Shown in pieces: positions 13,761 to 26,617 of a DNA stretch of 64,000 nucleotides. The DNA is from the human T2T-CHM13v2.0 reference genome, Homo sapiens. Where the stretch lies: the NCBI GenBank assembly GCA_009914755.4, contig CP086569.2, forward strand, positions 15,040,001-15,104,000, written 5' to 3'. The position numbers and the translations under genes were made by a program. The first letter of the stretch is position 1. Each line of letters opens with the position of its first letter. Under the pieces are notes generated by a model. That model ran no database searches. It had not been told where the DNA came from and was given only the letters and a program-made list of their open reading frames with translations.

Positions 13761-14112
13761 TGCTGGTCTGTTCTCATGCTGCTAATAAAGACATACCCGA
13801 GACTGGGTAATTTATAAAGGAAAGGTGTTTAATGGACTCACAGTTCCACATGGTGGGGGAGGCTTCACAATCATGGTGGAAGATGAAGAGCAAAGGGACG
13901 TCTTTCATTGTGGGAAGCAAGAGAGTGTGTGCAGGGGAACTCCCATTTATAAAACCATCATACCTCATGAGACTTATTCACTACCATGAGCACACCATGG
14001 GAAAAACTTGCCCCCATGATTTAATTACCTCCCACCATGTTCCTCCAGGACATGTGGGGATTATTACAATTCAAGGTGAGATTTGGGTGGGGACATAGAG
14101 CCAAATCATATT
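13761..14112 (-). mobile_element. THE1/MST-type MaLR LTR (ERVL-MaLR)
   Basis: Reverse complement of the THE1 consensus. 'tgatatgatttggctctatgtccccacccaaatctcaccttgaattgtaataatcccca' appears in reverse complement at 14050-14112, and 'ggtaatttataaaggaaag...cacagttccacatggtgggggaggcttcacaatcatgg' is present. Confidence 0.9.
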
Positions 14113-15800
14113 ATTTACTGTATCTTTTTTTGTTTCTGTAGTTGTGATTTTGCAATTTCTATATTCAATTGCTTTTATTTGGTGCCTGCCTGTCTCTGTT
14201 TTATGATTTTCTTTGCTCTTTTCATGATTGCTGTTTCTTCTTGCATGCATCTTCCTTTGCTTCTTCCTTGTGGTCTCCAGAAGCATTAGAGGTCCTATTC
14301 CCTGGAGGAATTATAGGTCCTGTGCTGAAGGTGACTACTCCTCTAGAGAATGCTTGCTCCATTCAAAGGAATTTTGCTTACTGTCTATTTTAAAATCTAA
14401 AATTGTGGTTAATTTGGAAGACTGCATTTTCCACTTCTTGATTCTTTTGGCATGTGTTTCGGGATTTTGACCTTCAGGTGAGTAAAAGGCATCTCTCTAA
14501 CTCTGTCTCTGTCTCTCTTTCTTCTTTGCACACACATATGTCTTCATATGTTAACTTCCTTGTCTCCTTACCCTTCTCTATGGTCTTATCCTCAGTGGTT
14601 GGAATTCTCACCCAGAGACATGAGTCACGTTGTCACAAGTTCATTCACCAAATCTGCAGCCTGCTCAGCTCAGTTCTTGGTGGAGATGTTGTGTCAGCTC
14701 ACTTTCTCCTCCCTAGGATCTCAGTTTTGTAGACATGCCAGCTCTGAGCAATGGTCAGTAGCTATCTTCAAACTCTTTTATTTCTGGAAAGAAAGAGCTC
14801 TGTCTCCTGCACTTCTGGGGCAACTTCCATCATTTCCCAAGAATTACACTCTGGTTGTCTCCTGGCTCCTAGGCCTAGAGTGCAGCAGTTCCTCTTACTG
14901 TGTTGAGTTCCTGTCTGGTTTCTATTCCTAAGAAGATTATTTCCTCATTTGGGAGTTTGACTATCACTGTTCCATTTTTACATATGATGTTTCATCTCCC
15001 GGTCCTATATGTTAAAAACAAATAGGATATGGGATATGATGAGGTTTATCTTCAAATAACCTAATCAATCCTTTATTCTTTAATTCATAGTAACCCCCCA
15101 ACCCCTTTCTCCTTTTTCTCTTTTTTCTTCCTTTCTTCCTTTGTTACATGCCCAGACACTCCACGGTACCAGGTGTTATCAGTACCAGCTCACATTCCTT
15201 TCCTTGTTTGGAAAGAAGACTAGTTGTCTAGCTCATTGCAGACACCTCTTCTCCTTCCCCTCTCTCCTTTATGTGCCCACCTTATTTCAAAACAAGTTCA
15301 AATGTTTAGCCAACTAGAATTAGTTTAGAGTGTACTACCCAACCCAGCCAAAGGGGAAAACATACAGGGCAGGACTTGTGTCAGGAATAAAGGCTTTTGT
15401 GCCCCTTTGTTCAGGTGTGCTGTCATGGCAACTAGCCAAGGAGAAGCACCCCTCTGCGCAGAAGTAAAATTGCTTTGCTAAGCATCCTTTGTTTGAGTGT
15501 TCAATTTCCTTAGGATTTTCAGCATTATTCTCAACAAGGAGACATAAAATATGAGCCTATAATTTCATCTACAATAAGACACAAGAGATGTGAACCCTCT
15601 ATTAAACAGGCCAGAGGAGTGCACCTGAGAGAGGCAATTTAATCTGGAGCCCAGTGTAAATGTTTGTTATATATGGTTATGTTTGTACATATAATAATAA
15701 CATGTAAATATAGTTGAAATATTTTGGATACTAGATATTTTATTAAATACTTTACCAGAATCAGATTACTAATCTGGAGCCATTTGTGACTATTTATTTA

Positions 15801-16086
15801 TTTTGAGTCAGAGTCTTGCTCTGTCACCCAGGCTAGAGTTCAGTGGTGAGATCTTGGCTCACTGCAACTTCTGCCTCCCAGGTTCAAATGATTCTTGAGC
15901 CTCAGCCTCCCAAGTAGCTGGTATTACAGGCATGCAACACCACATCCAGATAATTTTTGTATTTTTGGTAGAGATGGGGTTTTGACATGTTGGTAAGGCT
16001 TGCCTCAAACTCCTGATCTCAAGTGATCTTCCTGTCTCTGCCTCCCACAGTAGTAGGATAACAGGCATAAGCCACCATGCTTGGCC
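15801..16086 (-). mobile_element. Alu (AluS-like), full length
   Basis: 'tttgagtcagagtcttgctctgtcacccaggctagagttcagtggtgagatcttggctcactgcaac...ggcataagccaccatgcttggcc'. Confidence 0.95.
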
Positions 16087-17287
16087 TATTCTTGACCACT
16101 TAATCTTCCCATGATGGAGTTCTGATACGTTAAAATTGAGATGAATACATAATAAGGATTACATTTCTTAATGTGCTACCACCTTAGAAGCTTAGCAACA
16201 GGACAAGTTGTAAATAAATAAATACATAATAAATGAACTAGATGGAAAATAGATAATTATGTAGCTAAAAATATAACATATTTATCATTAGTGAGTGACT
16301 GAAGCCTGCTAGGAAAATGAAAACCTTTTGAAGAACAAAGTTAAATGGTTCTATTAATTACATTCCAAATACTGGAACTATGAAAAAATAAAGCCAGTGA
16401 AAATTGCTAGAAGTATTAAACAGCTACTTTTATATCACAGATAAGACTCATCTTTTATATGTGAGACAATATCACCTATTTAAATCTGCAGCTATTTTTG
16501 CATTTGTTTTGTCTGTGCAGGTGCCATATTTAAGGCAGATGGGTGATGAAGGGAATAACACCCACTCCAGTGGATTAATTTAAGTGGCTTCACTTCAAAA
16601 ATAGCCTTACCTTCCTCTAAGTTAAGAAATATTTACTGTTACTCTGCAGATGTCAAATGGAAAAGAAATGATAGGGCTCTTGATTTAAAGAGAGACATCT
16701 TTTATATTGTTATAAAGTGTGCTTTACAAATTAAACTTGTACAAACAAGAGTTTGCCTTTATTCTGGGAAAACAGGCATTATTAAGACACAATTTTCCTT
16801 GCCAAATTTACAGTTTCAGCATAAACTTAGGAGTTAAGAATAGACGAATATGATTCATATAACCAAAACAAATGGAAAACAGGATAAATCATTTAACTTA
16901 TTAAGAGAAATCTATTTAAGTTGCTGAAAAGACCACAAATCCTTCTTTTGTAGAGATTCTATTATTTTTCAGTCTATTTATTTTACATAGTGGCCCCAAG
17001 TACAATTTTTAGATAAATGTGAGTTATGGGTAGACCTGTTTTTCTGCTTTAAGTATTATATTACACCAGATGGATAAAGCTTAGCAGTTTTATTACACTG
17101 CAACTTTAAAAAACTGCATTTTAAAAAAGCCAATGTATACACAAATATTTCATGGCACCAACATATTTTTAAATTCAGATCTATATATCTGGGAAAGCAA
17201 ACCTTAATTCAGCCTTCCAGACTTTCACCTTGGGGGAGGGGGAGCAGTGTGGTAGGGGAGAAAGAGAACATTATTCATTTATTTATT

Positions 17288-17425
17288 GAGACAGGGTCTT
17301 CCTCTGTCACCCAGGCTGGAGTGCAGTGGCACGATCACAGCCCCCTGTAGCCTCTAACTCCTGGGCTCAAACAATCCTCTCACATCAGCCACTCAACTAG
17401 CTGGAACCACAGTCATGTGCCCCCA
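17288..17425 (-). mobile_element. Old Alu fragment (AluJ-like, right half)
   Basis: 'gagacagggtcttcctctgtcacccaggctggagtgcagtggcacgatcacag...gggctcaaacaatcctc'. Confidence 0.8.
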
Positions 17426-17449
17426 AACATGACTAATGCTTATTTATTT

Positions 17450-17578
17450 ATTTTTTTTTTGACAGAGATAGGGTCACTCTATGTTGCCCAGTGTTGTATG
17501 GAACTCTTGGGCTCAAGGGATCCTCCCATCTCAGCCTCCCATAATGCTGGGATTATGGCTTGAGCCACTGGTTCCAGC
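17450..17578 (-). mobile_element. Old Alu fragment (monomer-sized)
   Basis: 'tgacagagatagggtcactctatgttgcccag...ctcagcctcccataatgctgggattatggcttgagccactg'. Confidence 0.8.
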
Positions 17579-19039
17579 TGGTTTTAAAACAAAATGTTTC
17601 AGTAAAAACATCCTATGGCAAGAGGTTTTCAAACCTGGCCATGGAAGTTTTATTGCTTCTACTGAAAATGATAAGGTGATGTGACACTTCACTGCTGCCA
17701 TCCTGTAGCTTATATCAATAAGAGCAACTCAGCAACTCACTCTCCTAGGCAGAATAAAATGCATCATAGAAGCTAAGAAAAAAGTTGTGATACCTCTAAA
17801 TACGAAAGAATCCTTCCAGAAAGAGTGGGACATGAGGATGGGGTGCTATGCAGTGGGTGATATGAGGGAGATGGCCTTGAAACCAGACCTTGAAAGAGGA
17901 ATACATATGGCCTGAAATTACACTAAAAATTAAACGAATGTTTATGCTACATGCTTTTATTTGAATAATTAATTTGAAAATATTAGTCAATAATAAATTA
18001 AGTAATTAATTATTAATTATTAATTATAAGGTTAGGTTTAGAAATTTAATTGGTAGAATGACCATTCCACAAATTGAGCTTTATTTCAAGTACCTACTAC
18101 AATTCTCACATTTTAGAGCACTTAATCTGTGCAAAGCAAAATACCTTAACCAGAAAGAATGTAATAAACTGTTGAACCAATAAGTAAGAAAGATGTTTTT
18201 TGTATTTTGTGAAATTTTATAAGAAGAAATAAATGCTCTGAGAAATAAATGAGCTGAAGAGTTAGAGAGTAATTTGCATGGTGTCTACTTTAAATAAGTT
18301 ACCAAAAAATGAGAAGATACTCAGAGACATCCATGGTGATACTGAGGATATGTTTATTTCAGAAACATGTGAAGATTAGTGGGATTTATGCTTTGGACTA
18401 AAAATGGATAAGAAATAAACAAACCATTAGACAAAATATATGAAACAATTGCTTTCAGATGTTACACAATGATCAAGACAGAAACGGGATCTCGTGTGTA
18501 TGAGTCTGACAGTTGTCCTTTGATCCTGGAGAAACGTTCTAGGCTGTAAAAACAGAGGAAGGCAATCACCGAGTTGACAAAACAGAAATCAAAGTTTAGG
18601 GATGCTGAGGTGGCAAGAGTTGCAGGACACAGTTCCAGAAAACAAAAAACTTCATAAAGGAAGACCTCTAAAACTCTGCATAGAGGTTCTTTTATGTGTT
18701 TTCTAAAAACAAGGATATATACATAGTTGATGAAATTCTGGCAGTCTGTTCAGAAATCTCCAGGGATCTGTAAGGAGAACAATTACCAGAGCATAAAAAG
18801 GGTAATGAAGTGTGAAAGTTTAAGTTGTTGAAAGCATAGAATTAAGAACTACAGCCTTATTATCGACTGCAGTAGGACCAAGTCTTAGTATTAATACTAA
18901 ACTAAATTTGGGTAATTGTTACTCTAACAATGCCCTGACAAAGCATAAAAACAATCCTCTAAGCCATCCATCTGATCCATAAGTAACTTAAATTTACCTC
19001 AGGTGAGAATTTAAACTCCTAAAGGGAGATAACATTTAG

Positions 19040-20600
19040 ACTCTAAAATAAATGACATGCATTATTTCCCACATCCAATTAAAAATTATATAGAAAGGCC
19101 AAAAATCAAGGCAATGTGATATGTTTTCCATGATAGAAATAAGAGAATCAGATTCAGAAATTAAAGTGATGGGATTAGCAGAAAAGGATTTTAAAAGAGT
19201 TGTTATACTCAAAATGGTCAAGGATTAAAAGAAAACATGATTATAATAAGAAAAATTGGAAGGCTAAGAAAGAACTGCATATATATATGTATATATATAC
19301 TGGAGATGAAAAATAAAATATATGAAATAAAAATTTATTGCACAGGATTAATTGCAAGATGGAGAAGAAAAAACATGTGAAGTAGAAGACACAGTAATTG
19401 AAATTATTAACCTGAGCCATAGAGACAAAAGCATAAAAACAAGGAGAAATTAACTGTGGAAAGATATCATGCAGCCTAATACAAGTTCTATTGTAATTCC
19501 AGAAGTAGAAAATAGTGAAATGGGACAGAAAATTATTTGGAAAATAATGATTGACATTTTCCCACATATGAAAATAATTATAAAATTAAGATTGGATAAG
19601 GCTAACAAACTCCAAATTGAATAAATGTAATAAAATCACATCAAGACAAATCTTTAGCAAATTGACTAAACGTAGCAATACAGTGAAAAATCTCAAAGTG
19701 AGTTAGAAGAAAAAAGCACATTTAATGCAGATGAATAAAGATAACAGTCACTTCAGATAACTTCTCAGAAACCACGCCAGTCAGAAGACAATGGATTAGC
19801 ATGTTTGAAACAATAAAAGAAAAAAAAACTTGGACTTTTTTATCTAGCACATAAATTATTGTAAAATAAATGTAAATATAAGATTTTTTTTTAGACAAAC
19901 AAAACCAGAGAAAATTTACCATCAATAGAAATCTTTTACAAAGAATATAAAAATAATTTCTCCACACATAAAAAAATGGCATCAGATTGATACGTAGAAT
20001 CAAATGAGGGACTGAGGACAAATAGTAATAGTATAACAATATATGTGGGTAAATTTTTAAACCTATTTATTGGTATAAACAGTGTAATAAGTCTAAGTTT
20101 TAACTTAACAACTTTTGCAAAAATTGACTCTAACTGTATCATAGACAGTCCTAAACCCCAAAGCTAAAATTGTAAGAAAACTGTGACCTCAAGTTACAGA
20201 ATAGTTTTTTAAGTTTATTTTGAAAAGCACAAACCATTAAAACTTGACATGGTGAATTTCAAATTCTAAATCTTCTGGTCTTCTAAAGACATCATTAGGA
20301 AAATGGAAAAAAGACTGTGAAGACAAGAAATTCAACAAAACCTTAATTCAAACTGCATAAAGGACTCTTACAGCTTATAATAATGGAAAAGCCAATTAAA
20401 ATCATCAGTACATATGAAAAGACATTTCACTGCACAATATACATAAATGGCAAAAAGCATACTAAGAAATATTCAACATGATTAGCATTAACTGCTAAAA
20501 CCTGGAAAGTCATAACACTGTACATCCATCAGAATAGCTAAAATAGAAAGACCAGTAATATCAAATGATGATGAGAATGTGAAGGAGCTGGAACTCAGAT
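19040..20600 (+). mobile_element. Old L1 (L1M-like) fragment covering ORF1-like through ORF2-like sequence, heavily decayed
   Basis: A-rich sequence with similarity to the L1 ORF1 and ORF2 boundary, for example 'ccagtcagaagacaatggattagcatgtttgaaacaataaaag', and to ORF2 3'-region motifs, for example 'ccatcagaatagctaaaatagaaag'. Boundaries are uncertain. Confidence 0.5.
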
Positions 20601-22306
20601 ACATTTGTGAAGGACCTGTTCCAGGAGAACTAAAAACCACTGCTCAATGAAATAAAAAAGGACACAAACAAATGGAGGAACATTCCATGTTCATGGATAG
20701 GAAGAATCAATATCATGAAAATGGCCATACTACCCAAGGTAATTTATAGATTCAATGCCATCCCTATCAAGCTACCAATGACTTTCTTCACAGAATTGTA
20801 AAAAAACTATTTTAAAGATCATATGGAACCAAAAAAGAGCCTGCATTGCCAAAACAATTCTAAGCCAAAAGAACAAAGCTGGAGGCATCATGCTACCTGA
20901 CTTCAAACTATACTACAAGGCTACGCTAACAAAAATAGCATGGTACTGGTACCAAAACAGAGGTATAGACCAATGGAACAAAACAGAACCCTCAGAAATA
21001 ATACCACACGTCTACAACCACCTGATCTTTGACAAACCTGAGAAAAACAAGCAATGGGGAAAGGATTCCCTATTTAATAAATGGTGCTGGGAAAACTGGC
21101 TAGCCATATGTAGAAAGCTGAAACTGGATCCCTTCCTTACATCTTATACAAAAATTAATTCAAGATGGATTGAAGACTTACATGTTAGACCAACAACCAT
21201 AAAAACCCTAGAAGAAAACCTAGGCAATACCATTAAAGACATAGGCATGGGCAAGGACTTCATGTTTAAAATACCAAAAGCAATGACAACAAAAGCCAAA
21301 ATGGACAAATTGGATCTAATTTAACTAAAGAGCTTCTGCACCGCAGAAGAAACCACCATCAGAGTCAACAGGCCACCTACAGAATAGGAGAAAATTTTTG
21401 CAATCTACTCATCTGACAAAGGGCTAATATCCAGAGTCTATAAAAAACCCAAACAAATTTACAAGAAAAAATCAAATAACCCCATCAAAAAGTGGGTGAA
21501 GGATATGAACAGACACTTCTCAAAAGAAGACATTTATGCAGCCAAGAGACACATGAAAAAATGCTCATCATCACTGGCCACCAGAGAAATGCAAATCAAA
21601 ACCACAATGAGATACCATCTCACACCAGTTAGAATGGCCATCATTAAAAAGTCAGGAAACAACAGGTGCTAGAGAAGATGTGGAGAAATAGGAACACTTT
21701 TACACTGTTGGTGGGACTGTAAACTAGTTCAACCATTGTGGAAGACAGTGTGGCTATTCTTCAAGGATCTAGAACAAGAAATACCATTTGACCCAGCCAT
21801 CTCATTACTGGATATATACCCAAAGGATTATAAATCATGCTACTATAAAGACACATGCACAGGTATGTTCATTGTGGCACTATTCACAATAGCAAAGACT
21901 TGGAACCAACCCAAATGTCCATCAATGATAGACTGTATTAAGAAAAGTGGCCTATCTACACCATGGGATACTATGCAGTTCATGTCCTTTGTAAGGACAT
22001 GGATGAAGCTGGAAACCATCATTCTGAGCAAACTATCACAAGGACAAAAAACCAAACACCACATGTTCTCACTCATAGGTGGGAATTGAACAATGAGAAC
22101 ACTTGGACACAGAAAGGGGAACATCACACACTGGGCCTGTCATGGGGTGGGGGGAGGAGGGAGGGATAGTATTAGGAGACATACCTAATGTAAATGATGA
22201 GTTAATGGGTGCAGCACACCAACATGGCACATGTATATATATGTAACAAACCTGCACATTGTGCACATGTACCCTAGAACTTAAAGTATAAGTAAAAAAA
22301 AAAAGT
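20600..22306 (+). mobile_element. L1PA-family L1 3' fragment (ORF2 C-terminal about 1.4 kb plus 3' UTR plus poly-A), lying 3' of the older L1
   Basis: Near-colinear match to the L1PA consensus from 'gaaggacct.ttc.aggagaactaaaaaccactgctcaa.gaaataaaa.aggacacaaacaaatgg' through 'cctaatgtaaatgatgagttaatgggtgcagcacaccaacatggcacatgtatatatatgtaacaaacctgcacattgtgcacatgtaccctagaacttaaagtataa' and the poly-A at 22294-22306. The 144 aa ORF at 20890-21324 is an ORF2 remnant. Confidence 0.9.
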
Positions 22307-24248
22307 TCCAAATTATATCTCAAAAGAGGGAAAAAATTCATAGTGTATTTTCATAAGCCCTGTTGAAGGTGAGTTTTTAGTCTTCTGGTTTCTAACCTTA
22401 CTCCTATTACAGATAACTTTAATACCACAGACATGTTGTATATATGCATTTATGTAAGTAAAACATACATTATGTATATTTATGCTTCATAAATAGAGGG
22501 AGGTTTTCTCTTCCCAAGAAAGAACCCTTTCTTTGTCCCTATGGGGTGATTTGTTTCACTCTGAGTATGCTTTCTTTAGATTGGTGCTGTCCAGTAAAAT
22601 TTGCTGGGATGATGGAAATATTCTCTAAAATGAAAAACCTAGTATCCACATATGTCTAGAGAATGGGTTTTAAAATTGAATTAATTTTGATTGATTTAAA
22701 TATACATATATGGCAAGCTGTTACCACATTGGACAGCATAGTTCCAGAGGATTAATGAAGTAAATGATTAAACACAAGTATATGAAGAAGAGTCTTCTGT
22801 AAAATCCCTATTGGTAGCTAGTGAGATTGCTAGAGAGGCACAGAACTGCAGTCATAGTTTTCAACCAAGGCCATCATTGCCTACACTCCCTTCACCCTGG
22901 AGATATCTGGCAACTCCTGAAGACATTCTGGTTTGTCACAGTGGGAGAGGTGCTTCATGTGCCAACAGTAACCAGTGAGTAGAAAATCCAGGGATCAGAA
23001 TAATAATTCCTGCACAAAATTATTCAGCTGCAGGCCCAACAGTTCAACATTGAGAAACTGCAGTGAAGATAGTTTAGCTGAACACGAAGCTTGGAATTTA
23101 AGCCTCTTCCGACATTTCTTTCCTTGCACTTTGGCAAGAAACAGGGCTGAGAACCTGGCTTCTTGTCATTATCTTTAAAAGCATATTGGAGCTACAACAC
23201 TCAGCCAAGGTGTATATTAGGTCTGCCTCTTGAGACGTTTTGGAGTTCTGTCAAACAAGAATACAAATAATACTTTGGATAGTATCTTTACTCTCTGTTT
23301 CCCTTAGAGTATGAAAAAACAGCTCATACAATGACTGTGTGTTCCTGAAAATCTATAATGCATGCCTCTCAAATTAAGGTGAAATAATCACCCTCCTGAA
23401 GCTGGAAAGAGTGACAGAAGAGTTTATTTAGCTTAGTTTCAGGTTAAAAAATATCATGAATGTTATTTTTATGCCAGTGTGGAGAATTGGCTCAGAAAAT
23501 TAGAATTGGTAAGAAACTTTCTGAGGCTGTGCATGAAAAGTTTACTTTCTCTACCTAAGTGTCTGGTTAGGCTAACTGTGGAAATGTGATAGGGCAAGTT
23601 CACAAATATTTGCACTCTCAATTGACAGAAACTTAAAGACATAGAAAGAAAGAGGTCTAAGATCTCTGGGAGAAGTAAAGGAAAACCTGGAGATCATAAT
23701 ATAGTGGAGTGGATTAAATTACAAAACCAGTTTGTGACAATTCACTTAGTGTCTGCATCTCTATTTTGTTTTTATGGTATAAGCTTTGTCACTGTGAGCA
23801 ATGCATAGCATTAAATATTTTGGGGAAAGTAATAGAAGAAATATCACAGAAAAAAAGTGGTTACAAAGAAGCTTGTGTCTCTGTCAGAGGAGTCTTATAG
23901 TCTGACAGTGGATCCCCATTTTATATGGGTAGGGGTATTTATTCATACTACTGGGGGATCTCAGAAAAAGAATTTATATGGAGTGCAAATTAGTGTCAAG
24001 TTTTCTCTTATTAATGACATTTAGTTGCCTGGAAACTAAAAGAAACTACAAATAGAATTTAAGTCACAAAAGTGGTTAGATATTTTCAAAGAGAATGCAT
24101 TTGCACTTATTAGTCAGCTGGGTAGGTTTTCCTTTTCAACAGCACGGTGATCCTAAATTTGATTAGAGCCCTCAAATGTAGGGATGAAGATTCTTCAATT
24201 TCCTCAGGTTGAATTTAATCACTTTTTATTTTTTATATTTAAAAAATT

Positions 24249-24376
24249 TTTGGAGACAGGGTCTCAGTCTATCACCCCAGGTGGCATGCAGTGGTGTGAT
24301 CATAGCACACTGTAGTCTCAAACTACTGGGATCAAGAAATCCTCCCACCTCAGCCTCCTGAGTAGCTTGGACTACA
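24249..24376 (-). mobile_element. Alu fragment (right arm, old)
   Basis: 'ttggagacagggtctcagtctatcaccccaggtggcatgcagtggtgtgatcatagc...cctcagcctcctgagtagcttggactacag'. Confidence 0.8.
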
Positions 24377-24864
24377 GTTATGCACTGCAATACCTGTCCA
24401 AACACCTTTTAGCTGTGGATCAATACTCAGCTGTGGATGAGAAGCCCCTAGAACAAAACATCACAGTTGTCATTCATTATGCAACTCTGCTAAAAGTTAA
24501 AATGGGGCCTCAAGATGCCCAGAAATTTCACATTTCTGAAATGTACTAAAGAATCAGCCAATTCCCTGGAGAAATCTGTTGCTTAAGGGTTGCACCAATG
24601 GAAAAACATCTCTCTCCTAAGGTATCTAGAAATCTCCAGGGAGGAGCAAAACCTAGAGAAGCCCAAAGGAGGAAAACTGTTTAAAGATCTTGAGGCAAAA
24701 GAAAGACGACAAAAGGAAAGGCTTTGTTTTGAGACAATTGTTCATATATTTCCCACCTCCTGCTTTAAGCTTTTGTTATTGTTGATAAAAAGATCCTTTG
24801 AGCTTTAGGAGGTGAGATAGGGATTTTACAAAATAAAAGGAGAAAAAGGCACCAGCTGTAATTC

Positions 24865-25464
24865 TTTTCTTAACTGAGTCTTACAAGGAATTCCATTGAG
24901 AGTTGTAGCCAGCTAGACTTCCTCGGTCAACTGGGGACTTGGAGAAAATTTCTGTCTTACAAGAGTATTGTTAAATGAACCAATCAGGAACTTTCCTGAC
25001 TTACAAGAGGACTGTAAAATGCACCAATCATTGCTCTTTAAAATGCACCAATCAGTGCTCTGTAAAATGCACCAATCAGCACTCTCTAAAATGCAGCAAT
25101 CAGTGCTCTGTAAATTGCACCAATTAACAGAATTCTAAAAGTAGCAAATCATAGGAAGGATTGAAAAAAGGGCAAGATAAGACAGAAATGGAACATGGGA
25201 GGGGACAATAAAGGAATAAAAGCTGGCCATCCCAGCTAGCTGTGGCAACCCACTGGGGTCCCCTTCAATGCTGTGGAAGCCTTGTCATTTTGCTCTTCAC
25301 AATAAACTTTGCTACCATTCATTCTTTGGGCCCATGCCATCTTTAAGAGCTGTAATGCTCACCATGAAGGTCTTTGGCTTCATTCTTGAAGACAGCAAGA
25401 CCACGAATCCACCAGCAGAAACCAACTCTGGACTCAACTTGGGGGTTTGTCTGGGATATTGCCA
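24865..25464 (+). repeat. HERV-H 5' LTR (about 600 bp) with about 6 tandem CCAAT-containing 'tgctctgtaaaatgcaccaatcag' units in U3
   Basis: Runs 'tg...ca'. The CCAAT-unit array is at about 24985-25125 and 'aataaa' is at about 25305. Homologous to the 3' LTR. Confidence 0.85.
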
Positions 25465-25466
25465 TG

Positions 25467-25484
25467 TGGTGAGTACCATCGGAT
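25467..25484 (+). promoter_or_regulatory. Degenerate primer-binding site, tRNA-His type (14 of 18 matches to 'tggtgccgtgactcggat')
   Basis: 'tggtgagtaccatcggat' lies 2 nt after the 5' LTR's terminal 'ca'. Confidence 0.5.
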
Positions 25485-26617
25485 CTCTTTCACTTGCTAT
25501 TCTGTCCTATTTTTCCTTAGAATTTGGGGGCTAAACACCACGCATCTGTCAGCCAGTTAAAAGTGACTAGTGCAGCCACTGGGCTAAAGACACAGGTGTC
25601 AAGCTTTCTGGAAAAGGTCTCTTTAACAACCCATGACTCTTTGGAGTCAGGAGCATTGGTTTGCCTGTAACCAGCTTCCGCTTTTCCTGCACTTCTGGGC
25701 TGAGCCAAGGGTTGACAAACAAGCAAGCCATTGAGATCTGGGGTCCTGACAAAAAGTTGGTTGACCCTGCAGCCATGTGCAGAACTCTCAAACTTATGTC
25801 ACCAAAGCAAGACTTGCCCATCTATTCTATCTATCCTGACCCTTGCCTCTTGGGTCCTAATGCCTGTCAGACAAACTTCCTCTGACTTCTCTTCTCTGAG
25901 GCTAGTGACACTTCTAAAAACCACTTCCTTTCCCTGGTGCTCTTCTAGTTTCTTCTATAAGAATAATTTTTAATATAAATTTCAGGACTCTGTTCCCTTA
26001 TTTAGGCACCTGGGCTTACCAATTAGAAAGACATATTTGCCGAAATCCCTGTTGTATGGGGACTATCTGGAATTTTAGGATCTGTCCTCAGACTGGCAGG
26101 CCTAACAAATGCTATTCCTGAAGCTAGGATATGGGGAGCCTTAGAAATTATAGACTCTGAAATTGGGGGCTATATGCTTTCTATTCACATAATGAGAAGT
26201 GAGGAAAAATGCTGTCACCCTTCCAAACCTGGAGATGCATTCTCTCCTTCAGTGCATAGTCCTGCACTACATTTTGAGGCATATCATCTTTATAGGACAA
26301 GGGTAAGGTGCCAATACCAACTAGAGAAAACACTTAGGACTCTAACAGATTTTCAAGAATGCGTCAGCAAGAAACACTAAATCTGACCTTTCTTGGCCTC
26401 TTTGTGGTCTAAGAGGAATGGCAAGGTTGCAGGTTTTTCAGAATGCATTGGTAAGGGCCACTAAATCCATCCTTCCTTGGTTCTCTTTGTGGTCTAGGAG
26501 ATAAACAAGTGGTTCCACTGCTGCTTCAGTGGGCACAACTATTCCAAACAGCAGAGTTCAGGGACTGTTGCAGGTTCTTGGGTAATGGAAAAAAAAAAAA
26601 AAAAAAAGGCCACAACC

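Noticed and set aside
14083-14931. Cluster of overlapping + strand ORFs of 68-127 aa just right of the THE1 LTR
   Set aside because: The translations are Cys/Phe/Leu-rich and low-complexity, with no recognisable domain. I could not assign the DNA to a specific repeat or gene, so I made no feature call.
18060-19040. Possible upstream extension of the old L1M (5' UTR or ORF1 region)
   Set aside because: The sequence is A-rich and L1-like in composition, but I could not anchor it to specific L1 motifs. The L1M call is limited to 19040-20600.
20890-22089. ORFs of 144 and 117 aa on the + strand
   Set aside because: These are fragments of L1 ORF2 (reverse transcriptase C-terminal region) inside a 5'-truncated L1PA copy, not an independent gene.
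24960-25130. Regularly spaced 24 bp direct repeats that superficially resemble an array
   Set aside because: They are the CCAAT-unit tandem repeats of the HERV-H LTR U3 in a eukaryotic genome, with no spacer diversity. This is not a CRISPR array.
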